A DNA stretch of 64,000 bases from Syntrophorhabdaceae bacterium. GTDB lineage: Bacteria; Desulfobacterota; Syntrophorhabdia; Syntrophorhabdales; Syntrophorhabdaceae. Shown here one piece after another: positions 9,969-24,074 of the stretch. A model generated the notes under the pieces. It made no database searches. It saw only the letters and a program-made list of their open reading frames with translations, and was not told the origin of the DNA. Both the position numbers and the translations under genes were made by a program. The DNA is taken from positions 4,256,001 through 4,320,000 of the forward strand of contig OY762209.1 in assembly GCA_963665295.1 (NCBI GenBank). Reading direction: 5' to 3'. Position 1 is the stretch's first letter, and every line of letters begins with the position of its first letter.

Positions 9969-10388
9969 TTACAAATGCTGGTGCAGGTCGGTTATCCGTC
10001 CATCCACGAACACCGCCGGTCGTTCGGGATTGCCGTCAATGCCTGGGGAGGTCAGTCTTATTTCTCCTGTTTCCTCTCTCCGGTGAGCGAGTATCACCGC
10101 CCGGATCGACCATGGCGACAAACCCTCTACCAGTTCGTCGCTTTCCACGCCTATACCGCAGCCCCTGCCTACGGCAAGCACACGACGATGCACCGTATGA
10201 CTGTCACTGTCAGTGTAAAGCACCCCGGGTTCGCCCGCGATGCCGAGGCTCATCCCGTATCTCTGTGACCTGAAGGTAATTTGAAACTCTCTCCCGTCTT
10301 CCGTGACCCGGTATGTGCTCGTTACGTCCGAGGCGCCCGGGTCCCCGTTGATTACAGGCACCCCTGTCTTTCTTATTATGATCTCCAT
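9969..10388 (-). CDS. Hypothetical protein (139 aa)
   Basis: AAGGGG RBS; compact ORF. Confidence 0.65.
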   Translation of the reverse strand: MEIIIRKTGVPVINGDPGASDVTSTYRVTEDGREFQITFRSQRYGMSLGIAGEPGVLYTDSDSHTVHRRVLAVGRGCGIGVESDELVEGLSPWSIRAVILAHRREETGEIRLTSPGIDGNPERPAVFVDGRITDLHQHL

Positions 10389-10593
10389 GCTGACCCCTTT
10401 CCATGAGTGCGTAGCGTAAGTTTATAATATTATACCTTACAGTCTTGGCCCGATGGCAAGTGAAGTCTCCCTTTTCTTTCGCGGCACGGGCCGCCTCGTC
10501 CGACCCGCGCCCGATTCTTGCTGCTGTCCTGCTCCCCATGCCTCCCGAAAGAGAGAAGCCCCCCATTCTACGCCTCTTCTTTCCCCGTGGAGC

Positions 10594-10621
10594 TTGACTA
10601 ATCACCTCTTGACGCTATAAT
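10594..10621 (+). promoter_or_regulatory. Sigma70-type promoter candidate
   Basis: TTGACT-N16-TATAAT. Confidence 0.5.
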
Positions 10622-10743
10622 GGATAGTGGATATAGGATTGATAAACGCTTTCCCACACGGCCGTGCCGTTTGTTTCTACCGACGAATGCGGGAAAGCGG
10701 GAGACGGCCCATTTTGCACGTCACAATCAAAAGGGGGTTGGAT

Positions 10744-10998
10744 ATGATAACCAAAGCGCATCCAAGAGGACCTAAGGTCGTTAAGGATCTGGCTGCGGAG
10801 CGACTGGACAAGGCATTCAGGACTTCCCTTCTGAAGACTGAGGATCTGGCAAAAAAGAGGATTCTCCAGGCTCGCGATCCTTTTCGCACGGGCCTGACCC
10901 TTGCCAGAGAAATCCGCAGGGTTGCCGACGGTATTGATGCCGACGTGATCGCTCAAGGGATTGACGTCACGGAAGCAGGCATCGTCCCGGAAAGATAG
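10744..10998 (+). CDS. Small hypothetical protein (84 aa, MITKAH...)
   Basis: AAGGGGG RBS; downstream of promoter candidate. Confidence 0.5.
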   Translation: MITKAHPRGPKVVKDLAAERLDKAFRTSLLKTEDLAKKRILQARDPFRTGLTLAREIRRVADGIDADVIAQGIDVTEAGIVPER

Positions 10999-11188
10999 CC
11001 CGGTAACGCACCGGCAAGGACGGCAAACAACGAAAGATTCCCCGGAGGCAGGGGAGATTTTGCCCACCGTCCCGGCACAGGCATCGAGTCCTATCGAGCC
11101 AAAACAATAGTGTCCGGGCGTGAACTATCCCCTTCCGTCTGAAGCAGCGTCTCTAACCCTAACACGTTTGCCGACAGGGAGAAGAAAC

Positions 11189-11698
11189 GTGATTATTGAG
11201 CTTAACGGCAAGAAGCCGAGAGTGCACCCGACTGTTTTTATTGCCGCGAACGCCATGGTTATCGGCGACGTGGATTTAGAACCAGACGCAAACGTCTGGT
11301 TCCAGAGCATTGTTCGGGGGGATACAAATTACATCCGGATCGGGTCAAACTGCAATATCCAGGACGGTTGCATCCTCCACGTGGTAAAAGACCTCCATCC
11401 CCTGATTCTGGAAGACGGGGTCGTGCTCGGTCATCGCGTGGTAGCCCATGGGTGCCGGATCGGCCGGGGATCGCTCATCGGGATCGGAGCCGTGGTGTTG
11501 AATGGTGCGGAAATAGGAGCGGAATCGATCATCGGTGCGGGATCGGTCGTAGCTCCGGGAACGATTATCCCACCAAGGACCCTTTCCATTGGCGTTCCGG
11601 CTAAAGTGGTCCGCTCCCTTGGCGACGACGATATCCGTATGATCCAGGGAACCTGTGAGGAATATCTTGAGTTGAAAGAACTCTACAGACAGTTCTGA
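11189..11698 (+). CDS. Gamma carbonic anhydrase family / hexapeptide-repeat protein
   Basis: VRGD, NIQDGCILH, GHRVVAHGC His ligands; GGGAG RBS before GTG. Confidence 0.9.
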   Translation: MIIELNGKKPRVHPTVFIAANAMVIGDVDLEPDANVWFQSIVRGDTNYIRIGSNCNIQDGCILHVVKDLHPLILEDGVVLGHRVVAHGCRIGRGSLIGIGAVVLNGAEIGAESIIGAGSVVAPGTIIPPRTLSIGVPAKVVRSLGDDDIRMIQGTCEEYLELKELYRQF

Positions 11699-11829
11699 TA
11701 AATAATAAACTTCTTGACAACCTTTGCCGATAACGGGAAAATGAAGGTACAACACTCGGGGATCAGCCTGATGCCGACGATCGACCCTCTGCAGACGGAA
11801 TGCATCAACCACCTTAAAAGGAGCCTCTT

Positions 11830-13071
11830 CTGAGAATATCAGCCATTAAAATCTCCTTTCTATCATGGGCTCTTTTCTTCATTTCGGCCTTCCTCACCTT
11901 CTTTCCCTCCCCGTCCGTGCGCGCCTTTGTCACACCTGTCGATGAAAATTGGGACGAGGAAACGGAAATCGAGGAATCCATCGAATTCGCCCCTTCATCC
12001 AACGTGCGCGATTTCATCACTTTCGATGTATTTGAAGATATTGCAAGAGCAAGGGCCCTCCTGGAAGGAAAGAAGTGCGGATTTCAGGTGGTAAAAGTAA
12101 GGACAAAAACAAAATCGCAAAAAAAGAAGGGGAAAAAGAAGGTAAAGTGGGGTGAGAGGAACGAACTTGGGGAATTCTCCATACTTCTCGCTATAGAAGA
12201 CGTGAAAACCAGGGAAATTCAGGTGGTCAGGGTGCATCCGAAGCTTGGCGCGAGATCGGACGGCGTAGTTGTGGAGCCGGGTAAGTCGAACGGTGTCAAC
12301 ACGAAATTCGTTATTACATACCCGGAGCACCATATCGTACTTGCGATCAAAAGGCCGGTACGCAGCGGAACATCGTTCAAGGAAGTCGTCTATACCCCGT
12401 ATTCCGACGATCTGGATATCCCTGAGGTCAGAAACGCGGGTCTGGAGTACCTGAGGAATGTCCTCGGTGCAGCGAAAAGCGATCTTTACAATAGAAAAGT
12501 TCGCCCCTTATCATGCAATGATTTTATTGCAGACGACGTCTCGCTTGCCCTGGCGATCATCGAACATATCGACCCTCTCAAATTTGAGAGCGGGAAATAC
12601 AGCGCGGAAAAGCTCATTCACGAGACGCTGGTCATTATGGGGACAAATAGACAGAACGCCTACCGCTATTCTGCATCGAAGGCAGGGGCACGAGGCCTTT
12701 TCCAGTTCATCCCCAATACATACAAGAGGATAGTCCGTCTCTATCCAGAAGCCGGCCTGGACCCGGACTTCATCCGGGGCATGGAGGACCACAGAAACGC
12801 GGCAAAAGCATCCTTCCTTCTCTTTGATGCGGACATGCGCGCTCTGGGCAACGGAAAGAAAGAGCGGATCATGGCCGATCCACTCGCCCTGGGAAGGTTC
12901 CTTGCCTCCGCGTATAACTGCGGTTCCGGCAAAACAAAAGGGGCCATGGACAGATACGGGGGAAACTGGTCTTCCGGCGTCCCTTCGGAGACCCGGATTT
13001 ACCTCAAGAAGTACAACGCGGTGTGGGATTGGCTCCACCTCCAGCAGCAGGCAAACAGGTCTATCCCGTAA
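11830..13071 (+). CDS. Secreted lytic-transglycosylase (SLT)-like protein, probable CTG start
   Basis: SKAGARGLFQFIPNT and AYNCG SLT motifs; in-frame upstream signal peptide after AAAAGGAG RBS. Confidence 0.75.
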   Translation: MRISAIKISFLSWALFFISAFLTFFPSPSVRAFVTPVDENWDEETEIEESIEFAPSSNVRDFITFDVFEDIARARALLEGKKCGFQVVKVRTKTKSQKKKGKKKVKWGERNELGEFSILLAIEDVKTREIQVVRVHPKLGARSDGVVVEPGKSNGVNTKFVITYPEHHIVLAIKRPVRSGTSFKEVVYTPYSDDLDIPEVRNAGLEYLRNVLGAAKSDLYNRKVRPLSCNDFIADDVSLALAIIEHIDPLKFESGKYSAEKLIHETLVIMGTNRQNAYRYSASKAGARGLFQFIPNTYKRIVRLYPEAGLDPDFIRGMEDHRNAAKASFLLFDADMRALGNGKKERIMADPLALGRFLASAYNCGSGKTKGAMDRYGGNWSSGVPSETRIYLKKYNAVWDWLHLQQQANRSIP

Positions 13072-13379
13072 ACGGATTCGCGCCATCCCTTAGTTGCTGA
13101 ATGATTACTTATCTTCTGCGTTTCCCTTCATATCCCGCCTGCTTCAGGGCAGCGAGACAGCAAGGACGACCATAAAAAGGATTGCGCACCGAATCATTGG
13201 ACCGGCTATCGGCAACCTACTATAACCTTTTCTTCCATTCACATGTAATTTCTCAAAGAGGACTCTCGGCACGCTAAGAAACTCCGCCAAAAGCCCCCCA
13301 ACTTTCCATACTCTTGTTTCTGCTGCCCGGATAGCCGGCAGGGACCCGCGACGGTCCGAGGACGAACCGGGCGATTAAG

Positions 13380-13473
13380 AAAAAGGGCGGGTTTACTTTA
13401 TAGCCATAGAGAGGAACAGAAGAACCGAAGCTTTTCAGGTCTCTATGCTACTTGGCGCCAACCCGCCCTTTTT
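13380..13473 (-). ncRNA. Candidate rod-shaped small RNA / long hairpin
   Basis: 14-bp closing stem, internal bubble, 11-bp second stem, apical C(UUCG)G on minus strand; upstream promoter-like hexamers. Confidence 0.4.
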
Positions 13474-13738
13474 ATCACACATTATAATCTTTCTCTATTT
13501 TAAGACTTAACGACACTTTGTCAAGTAGCCCTGTGAAAGATTGCGCAACAAATTTCTCCTTTTTAACCCATCTCTCCCAGGACCCTGCATAAACTACTTG
13601 ACAATCTTCCATGATAACAGGAGAATGCTCATGAGGGTTTTGCGATACATGCAGATTCCCGGTATACAACCCGGAGTCCTCATGCCACAAGCCCGATATC
13701 GACAAGCCGGGGGTATCCCTCAGATAAAGGAGCGGGTC

Positions 13739-14554
13739 ATGCCATTTGAAACGATAAATAACCTCAAAGTCTATTACGAAGTCCATGGGGAAGGCGAGAC
13801 TATCATGCTTCTCCACCACGGTTTTGGCTGCATGAAAATATGGAAGACCATCTATCCCGCCTTTTTGGCCCAAGGCTACAAGGTTGTCATGTTCGACCGT
13901 CGGGGCTTCGGCCGATCGGAGGGTGGAGATGATTTCCAGGAGTTCTACGAAAGTGACCGTTACCGGCCTGAAAGTGTGGAGGAACTGCGGACCATAAAGG
14001 AACACCTCGGCATCACGGAATGCCATATTGTGGGACAGTGCGAGGGCGGCGTCGTGGGGGTTGACTACTCCGTCAAATATCCCGGAGAGATCAAAACCCT
14101 CACCGTGGGAAGCACGCAATGCTATAGCGAAATCACCACGGCGGAACTCAATCGTCTCAGACTTGTGACCAGATTCACTGACCTTACGCCCGACTTGCAG
14201 GCCAAGATGACTGAGTGGCATGGGGAAACAGCCGAGGAGAAGTACAACCAGTTCGCAAAATATGGCGGTGCTTACGGCGTGGACTACTTCGATCTCCGTC
14301 CCGTTCTGCCCTTTGTCCCCTGCCCCACCCTTGTGATCTATCCCGACCGCAGCTCGATCTTCGATGTAGAGCAATCGGTCGCCTTCTACCGGCACCTTTC
14401 TAAAGGAGAACTGGCGGTGTTTCCTAAATGCGGACATAACACCTACGATCAACGGTCCGAGGACTATATCCGCACCGTCCTCGCGTTCCTCGGCCGGAAT
14501 GCAAAAGGTGCGGATTCAAGGGCCGAACGGCCGGCCATGACATGTCTCGCATGA
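13739..14554 (+). CDS. Alpha/beta hydrolase with Cys at the nucleophile elbow
   Basis: HHGFG, FDRRGFGRS, GQCEGG, CGH; AAGGAG RBS before ATG 13739. Confidence 0.88.
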   Translation: MPFETINNLKVYYEVHGEGETIMLLHHGFGCMKIWKTIYPAFLAQGYKVVMFDRRGFGRSEGGDDFQEFYESDRYRPESVEELRTIKEHLGITECHIVGQCEGGVVGVDYSVKYPGEIKTLTVGSTQCYSEITTAELNRLRLVTRFTDLTPDLQAKMTEWHGETAEEKYNQFAKYGGAYGVDYFDLRPVLPFVPCPTLVIYPDRSSIFDVEQSVAFYRHLSKGELAVFPKCGHNTYDQRSEDYIRTVLAFLGRNAKGADSRAERPAMTCLA

Positions 14555-14573
14555 GAAGTGCAGACAGGACGGC

Positions 14574-14990
14574 CTAGCCGGCGTTGGTCTTCACCACGTA
14601 AGAGCCTTCGAATGTGGCGCACAGAGAGCCATTCAGCGCATCGGCTATCTCCACCTTCACCCGCACCTTGAAATTTCCCTTCGTCGTCGCCACGAAGTCC
14701 TCCATTATCGCGCTCTTCGCCGTCAGGTCTGCCAAGCCCGGCCGGTGATAGGCGATATTCGAGAAGACGAGAAAAAGGTCTCCCGACAACGAAAGAGCCC
14801 GTTGCCTATCACACGCGGTTTCATATCCCGACAGAGCCGCCAGGCAGAAGATGGAACCTGCAAAAACGGTTTCCTTATCGTTCGTATTCCTTACAAATGG
14901 AATACACAGACTGCCCGACTCGTCGGTCGCACGCTCTATTCCAAGACTGGCCGCAGGTAACACCGAAGCAAGATCCATCATTATCTCCAC
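14574..14990 (-). CDS. YiiD C-terminal / hotdog thioesterase-like protein
   Basis: NTNDKETVFAGSI..LA.LSGY motif; ends FEGSYV. Confidence 0.75.
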   Translation of the reverse strand: MEIMMDLASVLPAASLGIERATDESGSLCIPFVRNTNDKETVFAGSIFCLAALSGYETACDRQRALSLSGDLFLVFSNIAYHRPGLADLTAKSAIMEDFVATTKGNFKVRVKVEIADALNGSLCATFEGSYVVKTNAG

Positions 14991-15071
14991 CCCATATTCC
15001 TTCCATATCTACGTAACGCCGAATGACCCATCTCGCCGTTTATCTCCCCACCCTCCCGGGCGCACACAACA

Positions 15072-15103
15072 AAAGACCCAAGGAATTTCTTCCTTGGGTC
15101 TTT
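15072..15103 (-). terminator. Intrinsic terminator of rRNA operon
   Basis: AAAGACCCAAGGA / TCCTTGGGTCTTT stem just past 5S 3' end, T-rich tail on minus strand. Confidence 0.85.
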
Positions 15104-15112
15104 ACAATTTAA

Positions 15113-15230
15113 TCCCGGCAACTACCTACTTTCCCACAGAGTCCCCCCTGCAGTATCATCGGCGTAACAGAGCTTAACTACCGTGTTCGGGATGGGAACG
15201 GGTGTTGCCTCTGTGCTATGGTCACCGGGA
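15113..15230 (-). rRNA. rrf: 5S rRNA
   Basis: Reverse complement contains CCCGTTCCCATCCCGAACAC and AGTAGGTAGTTGCCGGGA; ends pair. Confidence 0.95.
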
Positions 15231-15283
15231 AACTTATATTCCCAAACTTTTTTGACAACCATATATGTTTAATTTTTTGATTT

Positions 15284-18296
<3,013 letters not shown>

Positions 18297-18347
18297 AAAT
18301 CAAAAATCTTAAACATATATAGTTGTCAAAGAACATTCGAAACGTGC

Positions 18348-18423
18348 TGGTGGAGGTGAACGGGATTGAACCGATGACCTCCTGCGTGCAAGGCAGGCGC
18401 TCTCCCATCTGAGCTACACCCCC
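18348..18423 (-). tRNA. tRNA-Ala(TGC)
   Basis: GGGGGTGTAGCTCAG...TTGCAC...GTTCAATCC...CCACCA, 76 nt. Confidence 0.97.
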
Positions 18424-18498
18424 AACTATCTCTCCAGAAATAGTGTACGCCCTCGGCAGGACCCTTAAGGCCTTCAGCCGGGGACTCATGACTACTCA

Positions 18499-18575
18499 TG
18501 GTGGGCCTAGATAGACTTGAACTATCGACCTCACGCTTATCAGGCGTGCGCTCTAGCCACCTGAGCTATAGGCCC
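18499..18575 (-). tRNA. tRNA-Ile(GAT)
   Basis: GGGCCTATAGCTCAG...CTGATAA...GTTCAAGT...CCACCA, 77 nt. Confidence 0.97.
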
Positions 18576-18623
18576 CAGGTTAATTTCAAAATATTCAAAT
18601 AGTAGGCCCTCGTTCTAAGTTCT

Positions 18624-20188
<1,565 letters not shown>

Positions 20189-20240
20189 AACTGTCAAAAA
20201 TTGTTCAAATTTCATACTTGAACGAGGACCTACTATTTTC

Positions 20241-20253
20241 TTTTCAAAGAACA
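20241..20253 (-). promoter_or_regulatory. rrn leader boxA antiterminator (second copy at ~18322-18334)
   Basis: TGTTCTTTGAAAA in leader and TGTTCTTTGACAA in spacer. Confidence 0.75.
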
Positions 20254-20285
20254 ATTGCTAAATGCTCAACCTTGAAGCAGTATTA

Positions 20286-20313
20286 AGTATACTTATTTTT
20301 CAGACGTTGTCAA
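20286..20313 (-). promoter_or_regulatory. rRNA operon sigma70 promoter
   Basis: TTGACA-N16-TATACT; a 16-bp spacer is typical of rrn promoters. Confidence 0.85.
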
Positions 20314-20662
20314 GGAATATTCAGGCACAATAACGTTATTTTTACAGTCACCCGCCGTCCTTCCCTATTTACCTCTGTGCGCCCATAAACCGGCTCGTCT
20401 CGCCCGGATTTTACGGCCCTCTTCCAGGCCCAATCCTATCTGCCTCCCCTATGTTTTTCTCAGGTTGTCGCAGCGCAACGCTTCTTCCAAAAGGATCGTG
20501 GTCTCCGGTCGGGTGTCCCTCTCCCCCTTCCGAAAGTCCCCGGGTATCTCAACCGGCCCCCCCCCTATATCCATCGCATACACACCCATTCCTTCCAGAT
20601 GACTATGGGGCTTCGAATCCGTTGCCTTCTCGCCCGTGAAGCGCGCCCTGCCGGGCGTACAT

Positions 20663-20696
20663 AAAAAAAGCGGGCAGCCCAGGGGCCTGCCCGCTT
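20663..20696 (-). terminator. Intrinsic terminator after ABC substrate-binding gene
   Basis: AAGCGGGCAG / CTGCCCGCTT stem plus T7 tract on minus strand. Confidence 0.8.
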
Positions 20697-20714
20697 CAAC
20701 AGGGTCTTTAAGGT

Positions 20715-21932
20715 TTACTTCCTGAGCTTCAGCATCTCGTCGCACGTAGGCAGATAATCCTTGCCGGGGATGGTGACAATGTCCGCCCCTATGAGAAAAT
20801 CATAACCCGGGACCTTTTTCGTGACCCCGTAGTACATGGGGAGGGTCACCTGGTGGTCGCAGGCGCGCATTTCGAGCTTCCCTATGGGGCTTTCTACGGT
20901 GAGGCCCTCAAGAGCATCGATGAACTTCTCCGTGTTGATTGAGCCTGCCTTCTGGTAGGCCTTGGCGATGAAGGCCCCTGCCGCATAGCCGTAGAGGGCC
21001 GTTGAGCCGGGGTATCTCTTGTAGGCCCGCCTGAACTCCTGAGTGAAGGCCTTGTTCTCCGGGGTATTGGGGAAGTAGAAGTGGTAGGAAGAGCTTCCCA
21101 TTATCCCTTCAGGGGCCTCGAACCCGAGGGGGGCGAGGGCGATGGTGTCCGTGGCATAGTGCTGGTAGATGGGGAGTTTCTTTTCAAGGCCCATGGCCTT
21201 TACAGCCTTCAGGAAGTTGACCACCCCTCCGCCTCCGGCTGCGCTTATGAGGCAGTCGGGCTTGGCCTGGAGGATGGGGCTTAAGTACGGGGCAAGGTCG
21301 GTCTCCCCTACCTTCCTCCACGACTGCCCCAGGAGCTGGACATTGGGCTTGATGGCCTTAAGGTGGGTCCATATCGCGTCGGCGCATGCGTGGCCGAACT
21401 CATAGTCCTCTCCGGCGATCCAATATTTCACGTAGGGCTTCTTCGCGAGGGCGATGGCGGTTGCCCGTCCTATCATGGCGGTATTCTCGTTTGCGTTGAA
21501 TACATAGCGGTGGCCCTTCTCACCCACGATCTTGTCGCTCTTCGCGTCGGTTACGATGAAGGGGATCTTCTCCTTCCGGGCGAAGTCCGATACGGCAAGG
21601 GCGCCTCCGCTGTTGGTGGAGCCCATGAGGACATTGACCTTCTCCCTCATGACGAGGTCCTTGGCCATGGCAAGGGCGATATCGGGTTTGAACTTGTCGT
21701 CTCTGACCACGAATTCGATCTTCCTCCCCAATACGCCTCCCCTGGCGTTCACCTCGCCTATGGCGAGCTTGAACCCGTCGAGGACATCCTGGGTATAGGT
21801 GGTGGCAGGTCCTGTATAGGTGTCTATAATACCGACTTTGATAGGCTCGGCAGCGTGAGCCGGGGTGTTGAAAAGATGGGCGACGGTAAGGACGAGGGCC
21901 AAAATGAGGATACCTGAGAAAAGTTTTTTCAT
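20715..21932 (-). CDS. Branched-chain amino acid (LivK-type) ABC substrate-binding protein
   Basis: Signal peptide, IKVG, NARGGVLGRKIE..VRDD, EDYEFG. Confidence 0.9.
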   Translation of the reverse strand: MKKLFSGILILALVLTVAHLFNTPAHAAEPIKVGIIDTYTGPATTYTQDVLDGFKLAIGEVNARGGVLGRKIEFVVRDDKFKPDIALAMAKDLVMREKVNVLMGSTNSGGALAVSDFARKEKIPFIVTDAKSDKIVGEKGHRYVFNANENTAMIGRATAIALAKKPYVKYWIAGEDYEFGHACADAIWTHLKAIKPNVQLLGQSWRKVGETDLAPYLSPILQAKPDCLISAAGGGGVVNFLKAVKAMGLEKKLPIYQHYATDTIALAPLGFEAPEGIMGSSSYHFYFPNTPENKAFTQEFRRAYKRYPGSTALYGYAAGAFIAKAYQKAGSINTEKFIDALEGLTVESPIGKLEMRACDHQVTLPMYYGVTKKVPGYDFLIGADIVTIPGKDYLPTCDEMLKLRK

Positions 21933-22043
21933 AAATCCCCCTTTGCGGTTTAATTGAGCACGATCTTCGGGCGGTGCACCACGATGTACTACTCTAGTAT
22001 TCCTACTATATCCGACGGCTATTGTCACCAATAATCTCCTGTT

Positions 22044-23102
22044 TCAGAGGCTTTGGTTCGCGATACTCCGCCAGTCTGTAACCACGGGGTCATAGCCTTT
22101 ACTTATCAACACAGACTTGATCTCGGCAAGGCTTCGCTGGTCATGGACCTCGAACTGGCCGTCCCGCTGCTCCTCCTCACGGCCTGCGTAGCCGCCTACG
22201 CTCGTAAGAGAACCTGCGGACATCTTGGTGATGCCGAAGTCGATGATCCGATCCCTGAATCCGGCATCTTCCCGCGTTGAAAGGTTGACGCCTGCCCTGG
22301 GAAAGAGCAGCCGCCCCGCGCAGATAATCTTCACCATATCCCGGTCGGTCACATGAGAGTAATGCCGGTTGTCATTGGCCACGGGACGTAATCGCGGGTA
22401 TGAAAGAGTATATTCCACTCCCGGGTATTTCTTCTCCAGGTAACGAACATGCCTGAAAAGTTGGGGCACTTCCTCACGCCAGTCTGCGAGTCCAAGGAGG
22501 GCGCCCATAGATATATGTCTGAAGCCTGCCCGGGCTATCCTCTCGGGAGCCTCATACCGATAGTCGTAAACCTTCTTGGGTCCCGCCAGATGGAGCTCGT
22601 CGTATCTCTTTCTATCGTAGGTTTCCTGAAACAGGGTCACACCGTCCGCGCCGGCAAGATAAAGCTCCCGGTATTCCCCGGTTTCCAGGGGATATACTTC
22701 AAGGGCTACATTCGGAAAATGCTTGCAAGCTATGGAAACCGCTTCCCTGATGTACGATGGGGGAGAATGAAAGCGCGATTCTCCTGTAAGCATGAGGCAA
22801 CTACGGATGCCTGTGGCGGCCAGGGCCTCGCATTCCCTATCGATCTCGGCAAAAGAGAGTTTCTTTCTTGCCACACGGGTATTTGCCGCCTCGAACCCGC
22901 AGTATGCGCACCGGTTCTGGCAGTAATTGGATATATAAAGGGGAGCGTAGAGACTGATTGCCTTGCCGAAAGACTGTCTGCTCAAGGCCTGTGCGGCTTG
23001 GGCCAGATCTTCGAGAAGTCCTCTGTCCTCGGCGTTGAAGACATAGTCGAGGTCATCGATGCTCAGCCGTGACGGATTGATATTCGGGGTCCTGTTATTC
23101 AT
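22044..23102 (-). CDS. thiH: 2-iminoacetate synthase (radical SAM)
   Basis: [48 protein letters not shown]; adjacent to thiG. Confidence 0.93.
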   Translation of the reverse strand: MNNRTPNINPSRLSIDDLDYVFNAEDRGLLEDLAQAAQALSRQSFGKAISLYAPLYISNYCQNRCAYCGFEAANTRVARKKLSFAEIDRECEALAATGIRSCLMLTGESRFHSPPSYIREAVSIACKHFPNVALEVYPLETGEYRELYLAGADGVTLFQETYDRKRYDELHLAGPKKVYDYRYEAPERIARAGFRHISMGALLGLADWREEVPQLFRHVRYLEKKYPGVEYTLSYPRLRPVANDNRHYSHVTDRDMVKIICAGRLLFPRAGVNLSTREDAGFRDRIIDFGITKMSAGSLTSVGGYAGREEEQRDGQFEVHDQRSLAEIKSVLISKGYDPVVTDWRSIANQSL

Positions 23103-23871
23103 CGTAGAGAAACCCGGTCAACGGAGACGATGCACGTGCCGCGGGCCGTTCCCGTGCCGCCCCCGCGAGATACGCCATCCTTCCCGCCTCTATACCTTTT
23201 GCAAAAGCAACCGCCATTGCAGTGGGATCGCCGGCTATTGCCACCGCGGTGTTGACGAGTACGGCGTCCGCCCCTATCTCCATGGCTTCCGCTGCCTGAG
23301 AAGGAAGTCCGATCCCTGCATCCACTATTACCGGCACTTCATCTATCTCTTCAATGAGCACCTCTATGAGGGTCCTCATCTTCAGCCCCTGGTTGGACCC
23401 GATCAGCGATCCCAACGGCATGACCGCGGCGGCGCCCGCTTTGACAAGGGCCTTGGCGGCATACAGGTCCGGCTGCATGTAGGGAAGCACCACAAAACCC
23501 TCCGCTGAGAGGGTCTCCGTAGCCTTTATCGTCTCAAGATTGTCGGGCAGCAGATACCGGCTGTCGTTGATTACCTCTATTTTTACCCAGTTGCCATATC
23601 CCGCTTCCCTTGCAATGCGAGCGATACGCACAGCCTCCGAGGCGTTCCTGGCTCCCGACGTGTTCACCAGGAGGGTTATATCCTTGGGGATAAACGAAAC
23701 GATGTTTTCGTCCGATTCTTCCAGGTCGATGCGACGCAAGGCCACGGTCACCACCTGCGTCCCTGACTGGACTATAACCTGTTTCATCGTCTCTTTGCTC
23801 TCGAATTTTCCCGTTCCCAAAAGGAACCGGCTCCTCAACTCCTTGCCGCCAATTCTCAATGCATCTTCCAT
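23095..23871 (-). CDS. thiG: Thiazole synthase
   Basis: [43 protein letters not shown]. Confidence 0.96.
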   Translation of the reverse strand: MEDALRIGGKELRSRFLLGTGKFESKETMKQVIVQSGTQVVTVALRRIDLEESDENIVSFIPKDITLLVNTSGARNASEAVRIARIAREAGYGNWVKIEVINDSRYLLPDNLETIKATETLSAEGFVVLPYMQPDLYAAKALVKAGAAAVMPLGSLIGSNQGLKMRTLIEVLIEEIDEVPVIVDAGIGLPSQAAEAMEIGADAVLVNTAVAIAGDPTAMAVAFAKGIEAGRMAYLAGAARERPAARASSPLTGFLYDE

Positions 23872-23873
23872 TC

Positions 23874-24074
23874 CTAGCCCCCTCCCACGAGGGACACTAA
23901 TTCCAGGCGGTCACCGTCCGCAAGCACCGTGCCCGTCCACATGTCTCTCCTTATGACTTTCTCATTAAGTTCGGCAATAACACCTTCCGCCTGCGTTTTA
24001 CGACCGAGAACAAATTCCTGAAGGCTTGTGCCCTCCGCAACTTCCGTAACTTTCCCGTTCGCCACTATCTTCAC
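23874..24074 (-). CDS. thiS: Sulfur carrier protein
   Basis: 66 aa, ends VGGG, precedes thiG. Confidence 0.93.
   Translation of the reverse strand: MKIVANGKVTEVAEGTSLQEFVLGRKTQAEGVIAELNEKVIRRDMWTGTVLADGDRLELVSLVGGG

Noticed and set aside
13405..13446. Glycine-riboswitch-like words (GAGAGGA, CCGAAG, TTTCAGG) on plus strand
   Set aside because: Too short to form the P2/P3 stems; the minus-strand UUCG rod explains the sequence better
14540..14620. Hydrolase ends C-L-A-TGA, suggesting a CxxU selenoprotein
   Set aside because: No clear SECIS-like hairpin and read-through would run antisense into the next gene
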